From Amphiscolops sp. MND2022 (lineage: Eukaryota): a DNA stretch of 64,000 nucleotides. Of the stretch, positions 46,150-59,421 are shown one piece after another. The notes beneath the pieces are model-generated. The model made no database searches and had not been told where the DNA came from. It saw only the letters and a list, made by a program, of their open reading frames with translations. The stretch spans positions 21,888,001 to 21,952,000 of the forward strand of contig OZ076409.1 of assembly GCA_964187785.1 (NCBI GenBank), written 5' to 3'. Every line of letters starts with the position of its first letter. Within the stretch, counting starts at the first letter, position 1. The position numbers were made by a program, and so were the translations under genes.

Positions 46150-46975
46150 GCTCACCGAAAAACCAAGTTTGCCCATGTTCTAGGCGTTTTAACACTCTAG
46201 TCCACGAAGTCTATCGATATTTTGACAAAAATTGAACAAAAATAGTGAAAATCGGTATATTTTCGAAATTTTGTCTTTTCGATGTCAATTCCGGAGTTTT
46301 CGGTTGAAAAAATGCATTTATCTCTTTTCTAAGCATACTGGACAACACATTCTTTCCTTGTTCACCCTTTTCAAACGTTCCAGTTTACGAAGACTGTCGA
46401 AAATTTGGAAAAAAAGCATAAAATTTTTGAAAATTGGAAAATTTTAGGTCTTTTGTCATTTTCGGTGTTAATTTGAGACATTTTCACTTTAAAAACTGCA
46501 ATATTCTCTTCGGAAAAGCCTACTGGACAACAGATTCTTTTCTTGTTGACCCTTTTCAACGTTCCAATTCACAAAGTCCGTCGAAAATTTGGAAAAAAAA
46601 ACAAAATCTTTGAAAATTGTAAAACTTTGGGATTTTTCGTCATTTTCGGTGTCCATTGGAGATTTTTTCATATAGAAAACAGCAATTATCTCTCCGGAGA
46701 AGCCTACTGCTCAAAGAATTTGTGCCATGTTGAGCACTTTCAACATTCTAATCCACGAAGTCTATCGAAAATTTGACAAAAAATGCAAAAGAACGGTAAA
46801 AATCGGAAAATTTTTGGTTTTTGTAATTTTTGGGTTTCTTTCCAGAAAAACTGCATTTATCTCTTCATAAACGACTACTGGACAATGAATTCTTGCCTTG
46901 TTGAAACTTTTCAACATTCTAATCCACGACATTTATCGGAAAATTGACAAAAATGGCATTAAAACGTAAAAAAAT
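46150..46975. repeat. Degenerate tandem repeat, about 170-190-bp unit, 4-5 copies
   Basis: Recurring AAGCCTACTGGACAAC...TTTTCAAC.TTC..ATCCACGAAGTCTATCGAAAATTTG near 46330, 46517, 46700 and 46871. Confidence 0.75.
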
Positions 46976-49164
46976 TGGAAAGAGTTGAATACTAAAAAAA
47001 AATTGAGTTGAATTCTATGGGTAACACACTTAAAGTTGAATATAAATTTGGTGCTTGGCAAATTTTGTAAAAAAAACCGTTTGATTTAAATACTTTCCTT
47101 TCTGATATGAAATATGGGCGGGAAATAAAGTGTCACAACGCCGAAAAATCAGTGAAATCTTCTGAGTTATCTTTCTAGTAACAACAAAAGCTTTAAAAAC
47201 TATGGTAACCAAGGGCAATACCCTTGCTAGTAAGGTAGGAAGGCCTAGAGAAATTCAGTAAAAAGTGAACCTCTCAGTGTGGAGAAGAAAATCTAGTCAC
47301 TGTAAGAGTCGGGCATTTTCTGTTCCAAAAAAAAGCGCTGACTAATAAAAACGCTCCATGCAGCCGAAAATATAGAGAATTGTTCGAATTGTCCATTCAT
47401 TCCGCTAAAAAACCAACTTAATGTTTGTGGGGGTTTTTACTGCCAAGATCTTACTAATAAGATCCTGTGCTTCTATATTTTTTGACTGATTTGGATGTAA
47501 TGGTCAAAAATTCGGGTTGTTTGCTAGAAAAAAGGCTAATAATGAAACCTTTCACGAGCTCGAGCACTAGGCGCAAGTGCGCTCTAAGCGGACTCTTACT
47601 ACCTAGGACATTTTACTGTCATTCTGTCACCAATACATGTCTTTTGAAGAGTGCACAGATTGTTTGCACTAGATTGATTCCTTTGACAAAATTTAGTATA
47701 AATATGTGAAATTCACCAACACAATTTCCGTGAATGTCGGTGTCAATTCTCCGAAGCTTTTGAACCATCTCAATATGGGTTATATTCATACCCACAGAAA
47801 AAAGTGGGAAAAACGGGAATGATTTTTGGGCAGCCAACCTTGTTTGCACCAAAACAAAGACTTCCCTATTCGAAAAAAATGGTAGAAAACGAACCGAACT
47901 TTCAGAAATCATTGCCTCATTGTTAGGTTTTAAAAATTAGAAATCTCAAAATCCTGAGCTACATACATGTAATTTAATAAAATACCGTTAGTTTAGTTAG
48001 TTCTGCATTTTACAGTGCGTTAAAATTGGGCGAATATGTGGAAAGTTTCAAGCACAGGCCATACCATCTAAAAAGTCTGATGGCATCAAAAAATAGAGCT
48101 TAAAGGAAATAAACATCTCTATTGAGGAGTGAATGCTGATACAACGACAAACTCGACAGTGACTACGGAAAAAATTGTACTTTCTTCGACAGCTGAAACT
48201 TTCATTTCTAATGCAATTTTGTTTAGCCATGAAATTTTCACAGGGAGTTGCGTAAATTTTTTCATAACCAGCTAAAAAAGCTATGCACTAACTGAAAAAT
48301 TAAACCTTAACGAACGTACAATCCCTACAAATTGCAAGAAACGCTCAGTTTTCTCTTGGTAACCTCCAAGAAAACTGCAGGCAAACTAATCCAACCAAAG
48401 TTTACAGAAATCTGGATCAGAAATTTCACAATATCAATTAACTTTCCTAGTGTGTATAAACTGTAATATTCTCTGAAAGACGTGCCAAATATATTAGCTA
48501 AAGCAAAAAAGGTTGAGAAAATAGAAGAATCAAGATTAGAGACATTCTTCGATCATAGAATAGAACAGAGTATCAAAAATCATTGGCCGCAGTAAAAATT
48601 GAGCCTGTGCAAAAAAAATTAAGATCGCCATCATAATTTTTAGTTGCCGGGCTTGGACTCTTACTTCGGTCCTCCAGATCGACTAAAATACCACAAAACA
48701 AACAATCAGCAAAATTGAACGATATATACCTGGCAGTTATAAATGACTCTTGATAAAGTTATTTCCACACAATCCAACTAGAATTTATCTACAAATATAT
48801 ACATTATAAGCCAGGAACTATATAGGTCGGTGCCCGCTCAGTATTTCTAATTGAGCTTTCTAATTCGAAGTTTTGTTAAGCAAGCACTTTAGGGAAAAAC
48901 TAACCATCTGAAAAATGACAAACATCCTGTTCTAATTTGATCAAAAATTAGACGCCATGGCTTACAAACGCAAGCAACTGGGAAGCGTCGTCGTAATTTA
49001 GCTCTCGGGACGTGAGGCTTCGAATGCAACTTACAGATCGCAGTAGCTGCAGTTTTATCCCATCTCACCCGGTTCCAATTTAGCCGCATCTAGTGAGCTC
49101 AACTTTTGGATAAAAGCCGTTTTCATTGAGTCCAACTTTTGATAAATAACAATGTTTATTCTTT

Positions 49165-50204
49165 TTAGTCGGCGCTTTATCCTTTCAAGGAAAAATGCTC
49201 GACTATAGCAGTGACTGTTTTTAGTCGGCGCCTTTTCCCTTAAGGAAAAAAGCCCGACTCTTACAGTGAGTAGTTTTTTTTGTTTTTTTCAGTTGACAAT
49301 CTCACTCTGAGTGGTCCACTTTTCTTACAATTTGTTCATCTTTCATATTTGTTCATCTTCCATCTTCGACCCAGCCGGAGTGCGTGGGTTCGATTCTCGC
49401 ACTAAACCATAAATTTTTTAATGCTTCCAAAAGTACAGGTGAGACCAAAGGGCCCCCCCTTTGGGTTTTTTTCGGCACTATGCGACTTTTTTCGAAAATT
49501 TTTGAAATTTATCAAAGGGTACCCCCTTGCATTTTTTTTTGAAATTTTCGGTTTGTAGAAAACGTTGAATGAGCCTGAATGGCCTTTTTTGAGTTTTTCG
49601 GCATTTTGCGACTTGAAAAATACTTTTTTTTCGAAAAAAAAATTCAAAAATAATTTTTTTGAAAAATTTTTTTTTCCAAATTTTTACAATAGTTGTTCCT
49701 TGAATATTTTTGAGCCTAAGATATGGCGCCGACTTGGGACGTTCCCGTCTTGTTTTTCTTCAGACTACAATCCTCACACTGATCGGTCCACTTTTTAGAA
49801 ACAATCCTGAAACCACCTAAGGCCAAGTCCCGCCAAGGCAATTTTAGTCCAAAGGGTCCCCCCTTTCATTTTTTACTTTTTCAAGGAAAACTACAAAACC
49901 GGACGTGCCTAAAGGGTCCCCCTTCGAATTTTTTGATATTTTGCAACGGAATGTATGTTTCATTTTTTACTTTTTCAAGGAAACCTACAAAACCGGACGT
50001 GCCTAAAGGGTCCCCCTTCGAATATTTTGATATTTTGCAACGGAATGTATGTTAATAAGTCCAGAAGGGTCCCCCTTTTACATTTTTCGTCACTATGCAA
50101 CTTTTTTTGAATTTTTTTTTAAAATTTCAAGTTTTTTTCCAAAAAAACGTTTTGCGCTTTTTGAGCCTTAGATATGGCGCCGACTTTAGACGTTCTCGTC
50201 TTGT
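49165..50204 (+). mobile_element. Tandem family A copies
   Basis: Duplicated 5' terminus (49165, 49222); two 3' termini (about 49754 and 50204); internal duplication. Confidence 0.78.
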
Positions 50205-50984
50205 TCCTATAATATAAAGGGAAGGCGCCTAACGAAACTTCAAGGTAGAATGATAGAAGCAAATTTTGCATGTGCTGAATTATGTTGAAGGGCGCGTCAT
50301 TAAAGTTTCAGGTGTCAATACACTAAAAGCAGGCGGTTCGTTCTACATCCCCTTAAACAGAACGGTGCTACGAAGAAGAGGAAGGCTTGTATGGGTTCTC
50401 AAAAAGCTGATTGCATCGGAGTAACTTTCAAAAACTTTTTCACTGCTAAAAATCCTTTTCGGAGAGATCAGAGTCTGTGAAATTCATTAATGAGAACATC
50501 TAGAGAAACGCACGATAGGTGTGAACCAAAATAAGCGGACCAGCCAAAAAGCAATTTTCGTGTAATTTGGCAGGGACCGGATTTTAGGTGCTAATTAAGT
50601 GGGAAAATTTTTTAAAGTTGAATTCAATAAGTAGATTTTTAATTGGTTGACAGGTCGCCATATCAGTTGAGATTCCAATTGTGAACGGTTTGATGTCAAA
50701 ATTTTTTGGACAAAGTTGATGGCTGTGCGTGAACTCAGATGGCAAATCTAGCAGCCACCTCCATGTGCTGCATATAGTAACTTGCAACTAATTTAGAATA
50801 TTCAAGTTTAAAAAAAATATTAAGGTAATTTTCAAAATGGGCAAAAAACCAGAAGTGTTTTCACCATCTTTTGACAAAGATATCACGATGATACTTTGAG
50901 AGAACATTACATTAAGCGTGGAAGGTATGAAATTGAAAGTGTTGATAAAGAAAAGACGAGGGAAAAGGTCATTGGGAGCCCTAC

Positions 50985-51147
50985 CTAGCATAGACCCGGG
51001 GACAAACTGCTTCTTCTCTTGGTCGTACCCCATCAGATCGTGAATGGCATCTCCCAACACTTGTCTACCCGAAGATTTTTCGAAGTTTCTCACCAGTTGA
51101 AGGAGCCAAGGTGACCACATGGAATGGAAATCCACAAGTGTGCCATC
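50985..51147 (-). CDS. HAD domain, exon 2
   Basis: TTTGAAG acceptor; DGTLVDFHSMWSPW completes the HAD motif I DKDGT; donor CTAG|GTAG. Confidence 0.85.
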
Positions 51148-51658
51148 CTTCAAAAAAATCATCCATTGTTTATTTAGAGTGAGGCAATGCGAATAAACAA
51201 CGTGCACAATTAGGTTATGAAAAACCATAATTAGACATGACCAAAATCATTGCGCTATTAACAAGTATGTGTGATTATGCCTCCGATGACGGAAGATTTC
51301 ACACAATTAGTGTCAGGAAAAAAAACGAAAACTACTTTTTAATCACTTCGCGCGAAAATTGAAAAACTTTTGATTGATTCAACCCTTCTAAACTTTTCAG
51401 TTGGAAGTCATTGCAAGTCTGATAGCATTTCAAGTCTCACGGAATTTCATCAAAAAACTTTTGATCGACTGGCTTAAACGTTGTTGATCGATACTTCTTG
51501 AAATCAATTTGATGCGTCAAACTTTCTCTGATGTTTTTCGATACAGATTTCTGCAAACCCTCAGCTTTTGTGATGCTTCAATTTTGAAAATCAAAATTTT
51601 CGAAACCAACTTGCAATTTAAAATGTTCCAAGAATCTTGGACACGAACTCAAACTGAC

Positions 51659-51856
51659 CTTGTCAAAAACTACAAGCTCGGGAGGGTTATTCAATCTGTA
51701 AACATGTCGGTCAACTGTTAGAAGCTTCCCTGCCAACACTTTGTTCAGAGCCGCCGTGGTTCTGAAGTTGCGAAGTTGAAGCGACGAAGACAACGCTCCT
51801 GCTCGTCCAGCCAATCCAAAACAAGCCGAACGGCGACACACACTTCGGAGCAACAT
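51659..51856 (-). CDS. HAD phosphatase-choline dehydrogenase gene, exon 1 (mitochondrial-presequence-like N-terminus and start of HAD motif I)
   Basis: ATG at 51856; Arg/Ser/Leu-rich, acid-free MLLRSVCRRSACFGLAGRAGALSSSLQLRNFRTT; ends ELVVFDK at donor AAG|GTCAGT (phase 0). Confidence 0.85.
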
Positions 51857-53049
51857 AATCGACGGTGCCTCGTTTGAGTTAAAATGCTAAGCAAAGATAT
51901 TTAACTTTGATCATCGAATTTGGCACTTCTCAGCACTGCAATCTACCAGAGGTTAGTTTTTGGTAAGTTACTTTGTACACATGGAGAATCTGGAAACAGT
52001 GAGAATTCGAGTGGATTATTGCGGAGCGAGAAATTTCGATATCGACGTTAAATGAGCAAGGTCAAAAAGGCAAAGTAAAGCAACTGTGAATCAAAAGAAT
52101 CAGGGCTGTCAAGTACTGAAGTTAACAACAGCACAGGTCATAGATGATAATTCCAAAACTCGTCCAGTGTCGGGGCATCCAATGAGAAAAACTGGAACTC
52201 AGTTGTTGAACCACTTCTGGGCAATATACTGCTGTTCAGCATTCAAAAAACTTTGAAGGGAATCAAAGAGCAAAATTCAGATCAATGAGAAGCTCTAAAT
52301 TAATCGTTCGATAATGACGTAAATTTTAGTGTAGTAAAAGTTCTAACATATAGTGCTCGAGAACTACTAACATTTTAAATTTTGGTTACGTAATGCTCAA
52401 TAAAAAGTTCCAGCACTTAACTTGAAAAAAACTCAACATACCTTTAACAAACTGCATTCACATGTGCTTTAAAATCACTGCAATTTTAGAATATTCACAA
52501 TCTGGCCACGAAAATGTTTACTGTATACTATATCTGATAAAATGAGTTTTCTACTATTCTTGCAAGGTGCCCAGTTGTCAACAAATTGTACCTGAAAATC
52601 GGAGTTTTGTAATTAATTTTTTAGGCTAATCGCTAATTTGGTGGATAGTAAGTCTTCGAACTATAGAATATTTAACTAATGGAATTACAGCTTTATTTAG
52701 TGAAAATTCAGCTCAATTTAACAAGTTTAAAAATCGGGAAGTTATCCCATGTTGTTATTTGTAAGAGCTGGCCATTTGGCCGTTGGCCAAGGGAACCGTT
52801 TTCTTGGAAAGGAATTTACAGCTAAAAATAATTGCCTAAAAAGATTTCCTAAAATAATTTTTTGAAAAACAGCTCCACGGAATTTCAAGAAATAACCTTG
52901 AAATTAGCCAGAAATGCGAAAATTAGTTCACTTGACTGAATCTACGCATCACCAGAGTTTTAATTAGGCTCAATTCGAGAGGAATTATTTAGAGCATTTT
53001 CAGGAAAAATTAATCGTTGAAGTCATTCGGAAGTTACATTTATCACAAA

Positions 53050-53955
53050 CAGGGTTGGAGTGTTATTAACACCAATGTTATTTACACTGTTATTTACGTA
53101 TGTTATTAACGTTATTTACAAAGCCGTGTCATTAAGTGTAATTTATTTCAGGTAGAAATTTCTGTATCGAACAATGGGGGAACGCACATGGACCCAATTT
53201 GGGAACATTTTGAACTTTTTTGTTCATTTGTTCAACTTGACCAAGACATACCGCAAACCACAGAACCTCATCCAAAAGTATAAAACCAATGTCCAGAACC
53301 TCTAAAACAACTAAGGATCCCACTTTGGCTATCTGGGTGTTTTTAACTTGGATTTTTTCGGCACTATGAGACTTTTTTCGAAAAGTTTTTGATTGTACCA
53401 AAGGGTCCCCCCTTCAATTTTTTTTGATATTTATTAGAACATAATAGATGTTTGAAAATCCCAAAGGGTCCCCCTTTCAGATTTTTCAGCATAATGAGAC
53501 TGTTCAAAGTTGTCATTTTTCATCGAACATTAGGTTTTCTCAATACATATCCACCAATATTTTTAAAAATACTATCCGAAATTTGAACGTAATATCCGGA
53601 GTAAAGCGCTATATCCGAATTTTTTACGTTATTCCCGAAGTATATTCCGTTTCACTGAGGAGGAGGCGGAGATTCGAAAACAAGTGCTAGTATTTGTCCC
53701 AGCCGCTATATCCGAACTTCTGAAGCGTTTTCCCAGCACGGAAGGCTTCCTCTGGGTGAAACTTTTTTGTGAGTTTTTCATAAAAAACGTCATTAGCATA
53801 TTTTGAAAATTTTGCACTTTTTGAGCCTTAGATATAGCGCCGACTTTGGCCGTTCTCGGCTTGTTTTTAATAAATTACAGTTAATAACAGTTTATAACGT
53901 TAATAATGTAAATAACGTTAGAAACTCGGTAGAGGGTGTAATAAACCCAACCCTG
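53050..53955. mobile_element. hAT-type MITE with a nested HINE-like repeat
   Basis: TIR CAGGGTTGG...CCAACCCTG; 8-bp TSD ATCACAAA. Confidence 0.88.
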
Positions 53956-54683
53956 ATCACAAATTAAAAAACGTCACATTGTAGTTCCAACTACGTCAAT
54001 CTAAAGTTCGACAACTTTTTGGTGAGACCAATACGGAAGAATTTAAGATGAAAGTTACAAAGACAAACGATTATCTGAAAGATTGTCACGAACAATTTCT
54101 GGAGTTCCCACCAAGATAATAAAACTAACAATAAAAAACTGCCTATTGGAAAAATTCTACATATCAGCTTTTGATACAGCTTCACTCAAAAGGAATTGGA
54201 TGAAAAAAACAGTGAGAAAACAATCTTCAGATTTGTCAAAGAGGAACTGACACCTTGCTACTTTCCAACTTCCAACAAGTAATTTGATGCTGATGAAAAG
54301 AGAAAAACTGCATTATCCAATACTCCTTCGGAAAGCTTTTTGGCTTTTTTGCAGCTCGGTTGCAAAACGCATGAGCTTCTGAAACTCCGAGGATACTCTC
54401 CAAGTTTCGAAGTTTTGGAGCATTTTACTAGTTGATGCTAATCAAATGTTTGAAAATTCCGGAGATGTTGCAAATGTGCTGATTGGAACAGCCAAACAGT
54501 ACTTTTGACTTTTGAACCCTCAAACATCAAATGTCCGCTTCTGTCGCCAAAAAGTCAACGTGTAAAACACTGTTTTTACAAATCTTTCACAATCAGCAAG
54601 TTTGTTTGGAAGTGAAAACAAAGTTAATCTCCACATTGCGGAGTGGACGCCGAATAAACAGTTCTGCTTTTCTAAGTCGTTGC

Positions 54684-55131
54684 CAGAGATGACCTTAGAA
54701 TCATTGATTATAGAATTTATTATAGCTTTCGCTATTAATTAAAAATAAATAGAATTCTATTATAGATCCAATTTTTGTCAATAATATGATTATAGCTTCA
54801 ATCCTTGCGCCCATCTAAGGTAGTCAGCTTAAGGAGAAAACAGTTGAATTTTTTTTTAAAATATAACGAAACATTGAAGACCATGAACCAATTATTATAA
54901 CATTCAACGATGAGTCTAGTTTTCAAATTTCGAGGCAAAATTCTCATTCCTGTATTCATCGAGAGGTATGATTGGTCAATGATAGCGGCAATTATAGAAT
55001 TCTATTATAGAAATTCCATATATGTTCATATTATAGCCCCTATAATAGTTGCTGCCGTTTTAATAATATATCGTTTAATATGGGATTGCTATAATAGACT
55101 ATAATAGAATTTCGAGCTATGGTCATCTCTG
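54684..55131. mobile_element. hAT-type MITE (448 bp)
   Basis: TIR CAGAGATGACC...GGTCATCTCTG; 8-bp TSD GTCGTTGC; internal TTATAG repeats. Confidence 0.9.
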
Positions 55132-55474
55132 GTCGTTGCTATGGTACCATATTTTATTTGCAGCCAAATGGTCAAGCAATGTTCGACTTGAAACTGTGGT
55201 TTCAAAGTGACTTGCTGTGGTTATTTTTTGTCATTACCATACCACTAAAACCTAGGGACGAAGGACTTGTTTAAGGAACAGCTATAGTGAGTTCAGAGAG
55301 ATTCTAGCCTGATACCGCCCCAAAGCAGACCAATGCTCTAACAACGACTCCACGATCCCCCAGAACTGACCTGAAAACGAACGAAAATGCAAGACGAAGT
55401 TGGTACTCCTAAGTGTGGTCCCAAGCGATTTCTCCTTACTAAGTGTGGTCCCTGAATATTTTGTCGGAATAATT

Positions 55475-56305
55475 ACACAGAGGCGAAGCCGAGCTTCGCA
55501 AACACTTGCGAACTTTTGAAGAAAACCAAATAAGCAATATCATACGGAAAACCAAGGGTAAAAGGAGATTAAAATTTCATCAATTTTACAGCGCCAAAAA
55601 ATACCCGAAGGGATACGCGTAAGCCTCGAAAACCATTCTTACCCAACTGAAAACAGCAAAAAACCCATTCTTTCTCAACGGAAAACCTTAAACAGAAAAT
55701 AGAAGAAAAAAATTTCGAAAACATTTTTGATGGTCTCCGGTAAGTCGCAAAGCCTTGAGGAGTCCTCTCGCAAAACGTTTCGTTTCTTGTAAAAATTGAT
55801 CAGGGGCTTCGGTGAAAACAAATTTTAAAAAAGTCGCATAGAAAAAAGATCGGTCTTTAAAAAAACGGTCTTTTAAAACTAAAAATTGAAAAAAAATTCC
55901 GAATTTTTTTGAAGTTTCCGCTAAGTCGCATAGTGCCGAAAAATGTGAAAAAGGGACCCTTTAGGATTTTATAACATTCGTTCTGTTGCAAGATATCAAA
56001 AAATTGAAAGGAGGACTCTTTGGGGACATTTAAAAGATTTCGAAAAAAAGTCTCAAAGCCGAAAAAAAGTCTCACAAAGCCGAAAAGTCTCGAAATAAGT
56101 CAGAACCTTCTGCTTCGGAATACTTGTAAAAAAATTAGCGCATACTCACGGGTTCGAACACGAAACCTCTGGGTTGAAAAGCAAGCATCTTACCACTAGA
56201 CCACGAACGCGTGAAACGTGCGAGTTGTCGCGTGAAATCAGAGAGTTGTCGCGCGGAAAAAAAAGCACCCGCACTTTCCCATAACACTTGCTTATCGCAA
56301 GTGTA
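55475..56305 (-). mobile_element. HINE-like family B copy
   Basis: Same termini as 23935-24844; tRNA-like segment at about 56139-56210. Confidence 0.78.
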
Positions 56306-56764
56306 ATTATCCATGCCTCAATGTTGCTACTTGGCGAAGGGAGCGAAGCGACCGATCCATACAACAAATATGCTAACTTCTTCAAATCAAGTTCCATACA
56401 TATTGGCTGTAACAGCACTAAAAGCTAGTAAATTGAATTCTGCTGTTTTGAATTCTGCATGTAATGTTTGCTTTACGTTGGCTATTCTAAATTTGCTGGG
56501 GACCACACTTACGAGTTTTCAGGCCGGCTGCATAAATTTTGTAGGGGGCACACTTAGTCAGGAGTACCACCAAGTTTTTCAAACGTTTTGTATTCCACAA
56601 ATTCGAGCCATTTGACAAGATGCACCTAGAAATTTCATCGACATTAAGAGATAATGAAGCTACCCAGTTGTTTAAATTTTCTAACAGTTTAAACTTTCTG
56701 AAAGTCATTTCAGCATGACTCAATTACTGTTTAGCTGTCAAGACTTACACTGGTAAAAAATATA

Positions 56765-57444
56765 CAGTCCTGTGATAAAAGCATCGAACACCTACTAATT
56801 GATAATGTTTGGAACACCTAATTCCTCTGCCCATATCTCGGAAACTATTGATATCCAAAAGAAATGCCTTTGATAAAAGTTTCTCGGAATTTAATCTAGT
56901 TTACATTCGTGTTTGTTTGAAACTTCTATGACAAATATTGGGGAATTTAGTTTTCAATGCTTCTCTGTAATATTTGGTTTGCAAACAGGTTTAAATTTTT
57001 ATCAAAATTACAAACAATTTTGATTAGTCTTTACTAGTCCAAAGAAAATCGATTAATCTCCACTGAATTAACTCTGGGACATGTATTAGGATTGGTATAG
57101 ATTCAAGACATAGATTTGTGATTTTCTTTTTACATGTACACTCTAGGGTACTGAAAATTTTCGAGTGTAATTAGTGAATGAGCGAATGGGCACTTTGAAC
57201 GATATGAAAAAGTAAATAATGACCAGCTTCCGTTCTCAATTTAGACTCTGCAACTAAACTTTCAAAGTTCTTGTCTCATTAGTTTTAAGGCTTCCAAAAT
57301 TAAAGGAATGTAAACTAGACAAAAATCCAAGAAAATTCCAAAATCATATTTTGGAAAAGGTGACCGTTTTTGAGAAATTTGCAATCTCAATAGGCGTTCA
57401 AACTTATTACCAAACAGGGGTTCCATTCTTTTATCACAGGACTG
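56765..57444. mobile_element. Non-autonomous Tc1-like element/MITE (680 bp)
   Basis: TA TSDs; TIR CAGTCCTGTGATAAAAG(A/C)AT(G/C)GAAC nearly identical to the TIR of 41480-42770; no ORF. Confidence 0.9.
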
Positions 57445-57869
57445 TATGGTTCTTCAATAGAGCATTCAAGCTCATTGAGAGAATCAAGATTGTAATCTGC
57501 CATTGTTAAAAAAAGCAATGTATTGTGGTATTGTGAATTATCTTCTATTATAGACTAATTTAACGTTCAGCAATAGATATATTCAAGAAATAACAGACAT
57601 AGAAAATCGAAAAAGACAAAACCGCAATCATGAGACGCTAACAGACAATTATATTGATAAATGCATTATTAAAATAAATGAGAGCGGAAATAGAACACAT
57701 TAAAAACATCGAAAAAGGTAGTTCTCGGCGTAAAACGTCACAAAAAGTGTACATTTTATCAAACTGGGACAGGAAAAAAAAAACATTCGAGAAATCAGCA
57801 GACGATTTTATATATTTCCATAACAGAGTGGATAAAATTACTGCAACTGAATCAGTCTGAGTCATTTGT

Positions 57870-58494
57870 CTACGAGACATTTTCATAGTGTCCATCCATA
57901 TTGCTGTGTGCCTGATTCGGAGCTATTTGCTCATTAGAACCTTCGGGAATATTCATATTTGGAGCAGTACTCACTGCGACTTGGGTGTTAGGCATTCCTT
58001 GCGGATAACTTGCAGCGTTTCCTGCAGCACGAGGTCCACCAAAGGACGTTTGTTGCTGAGAGATATTGTAAGCTTCCGACTGGGTGTAAGAAATAGGTGC
58101 CACGCTGAATGTAGTTGACGGTGTTTGTTGCGGTGGAAGGTATGAAGAATGCTGTGGGTGAGAGTAATGGGGGGCAACCGTCCCAGCAACCCCAACTTGA
58201 GACTGCGGGGGTGGTTGGGGCGCCCCAGGTAATAAATTAGAGGGGTTGGGCATAGAAGCCTGACTAACCGCCGCCACAGGATTAGCAGCTGGGTTCGCAT
58301 TGGGGTGTTGATGAAACAACTTCATCTGTTGCTGCTGCGATTGCATATGATGCGGTGGAGTGTATTGCGAGGGCGGGTATTGACTGGGAGGGTACTGGTG
58401 GTTCGATGAGTAATGCCCCGCTGATGCATAATGAGCAGGTGGGTATGAATGCGGAGGGCTCGCATACACAGCTGGGTAAGGTTGCGAAGGATAC
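57870..58494 (-). CDS. SS18: SS18-family gene, last coding exon (Q/P/S/Y-rich tail)
   Basis: TTTCAG acceptor; YPSQPYP...QYPPSQYPPSQY...GHYENVS then TAG. Confidence 0.8.
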
Positions 58495-58706
58495 CTGAAA
58501 ATTTCAAAAAATATGTATATATTTACGCTATATCTATATCATCGTGTCCCAGAGATTTTGCCGTTGCAACATATCTGCGTATCTACCTGAGTCATGACAC
58601 TATTGATAACAAACAGTAGTGCGATAGTATAAGCTGTCCTGCATATCAGAAGAACGATAATAAAAAAGCGTAGGATACTATAAAGTTTTGAAAAGAAAGT
58701 TGTTAC

Positions 58707-59121
58707 CTGGAATATTGTTGCACATATGGATTGGCGCGTTGAGCAGCCATGGACACTCCGTATTGCTGCGGGTTCTGTGACATTGGGTGCGCATAACCAG
58801 CCTGGTAGCCACCTACTGCACCGGCGGCAGAAGCGGGAGATCCCATAGACGAGTAGTAAGCGTTTGCACTCCCATTGGTGGGTGCGAGGTACTTCGAAGC
58901 AGAAGAGTAGGGTGCTCTAACTGGGTACTGAGAGGGTACTGGAGAAGGCTGCATCCCGGCTGATGACGGCGTTAGTTTCACATGAGACGCCTCTCTCTTG
59001 ATGTTCTCAGCAGAAGAAACAAGCCCAACATTAGCACTAGAAGTCACAGTGTCCGAAGTCGCTGCACTTTGGGCTTCACTTGCATTTGCAGAAGCAGACG
59101 AAGATGGGCCTTCATTTGTGT
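58707..59121 (-). CDS. SS18: SS18-family gene exon
   Basis: TTTAG acceptor; DTNEGP...ANPYVQQYS; AG|GTAAC donor. Confidence 0.78.
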
Positions 59122-59421
59122 CTAAACACAGAAAAAAAACAACTTCACAACCATAAACTTTTTGAAACAATTCTAACAAGTAAAAGATATTAGAAATAAG
59201 TGGAGTCATCATTAACAGCTTTGGGGAACAGTAGGGATGTAAACTTTAAAAACAGCACTGAGATTTTGTTTTCATTTTCTTCTGTGAGAACATCACACAA
59301 CGGCAAAAAAGGAAGGCTGAGTGATGCATCTGACGGAAGATCATGCACTATTTCGGTAAGTGTTGGTTGTCAAATTTGTGCTTTTGGATGGAGCTACAAC
59401 TTCCAAAAACGATACAATAAG

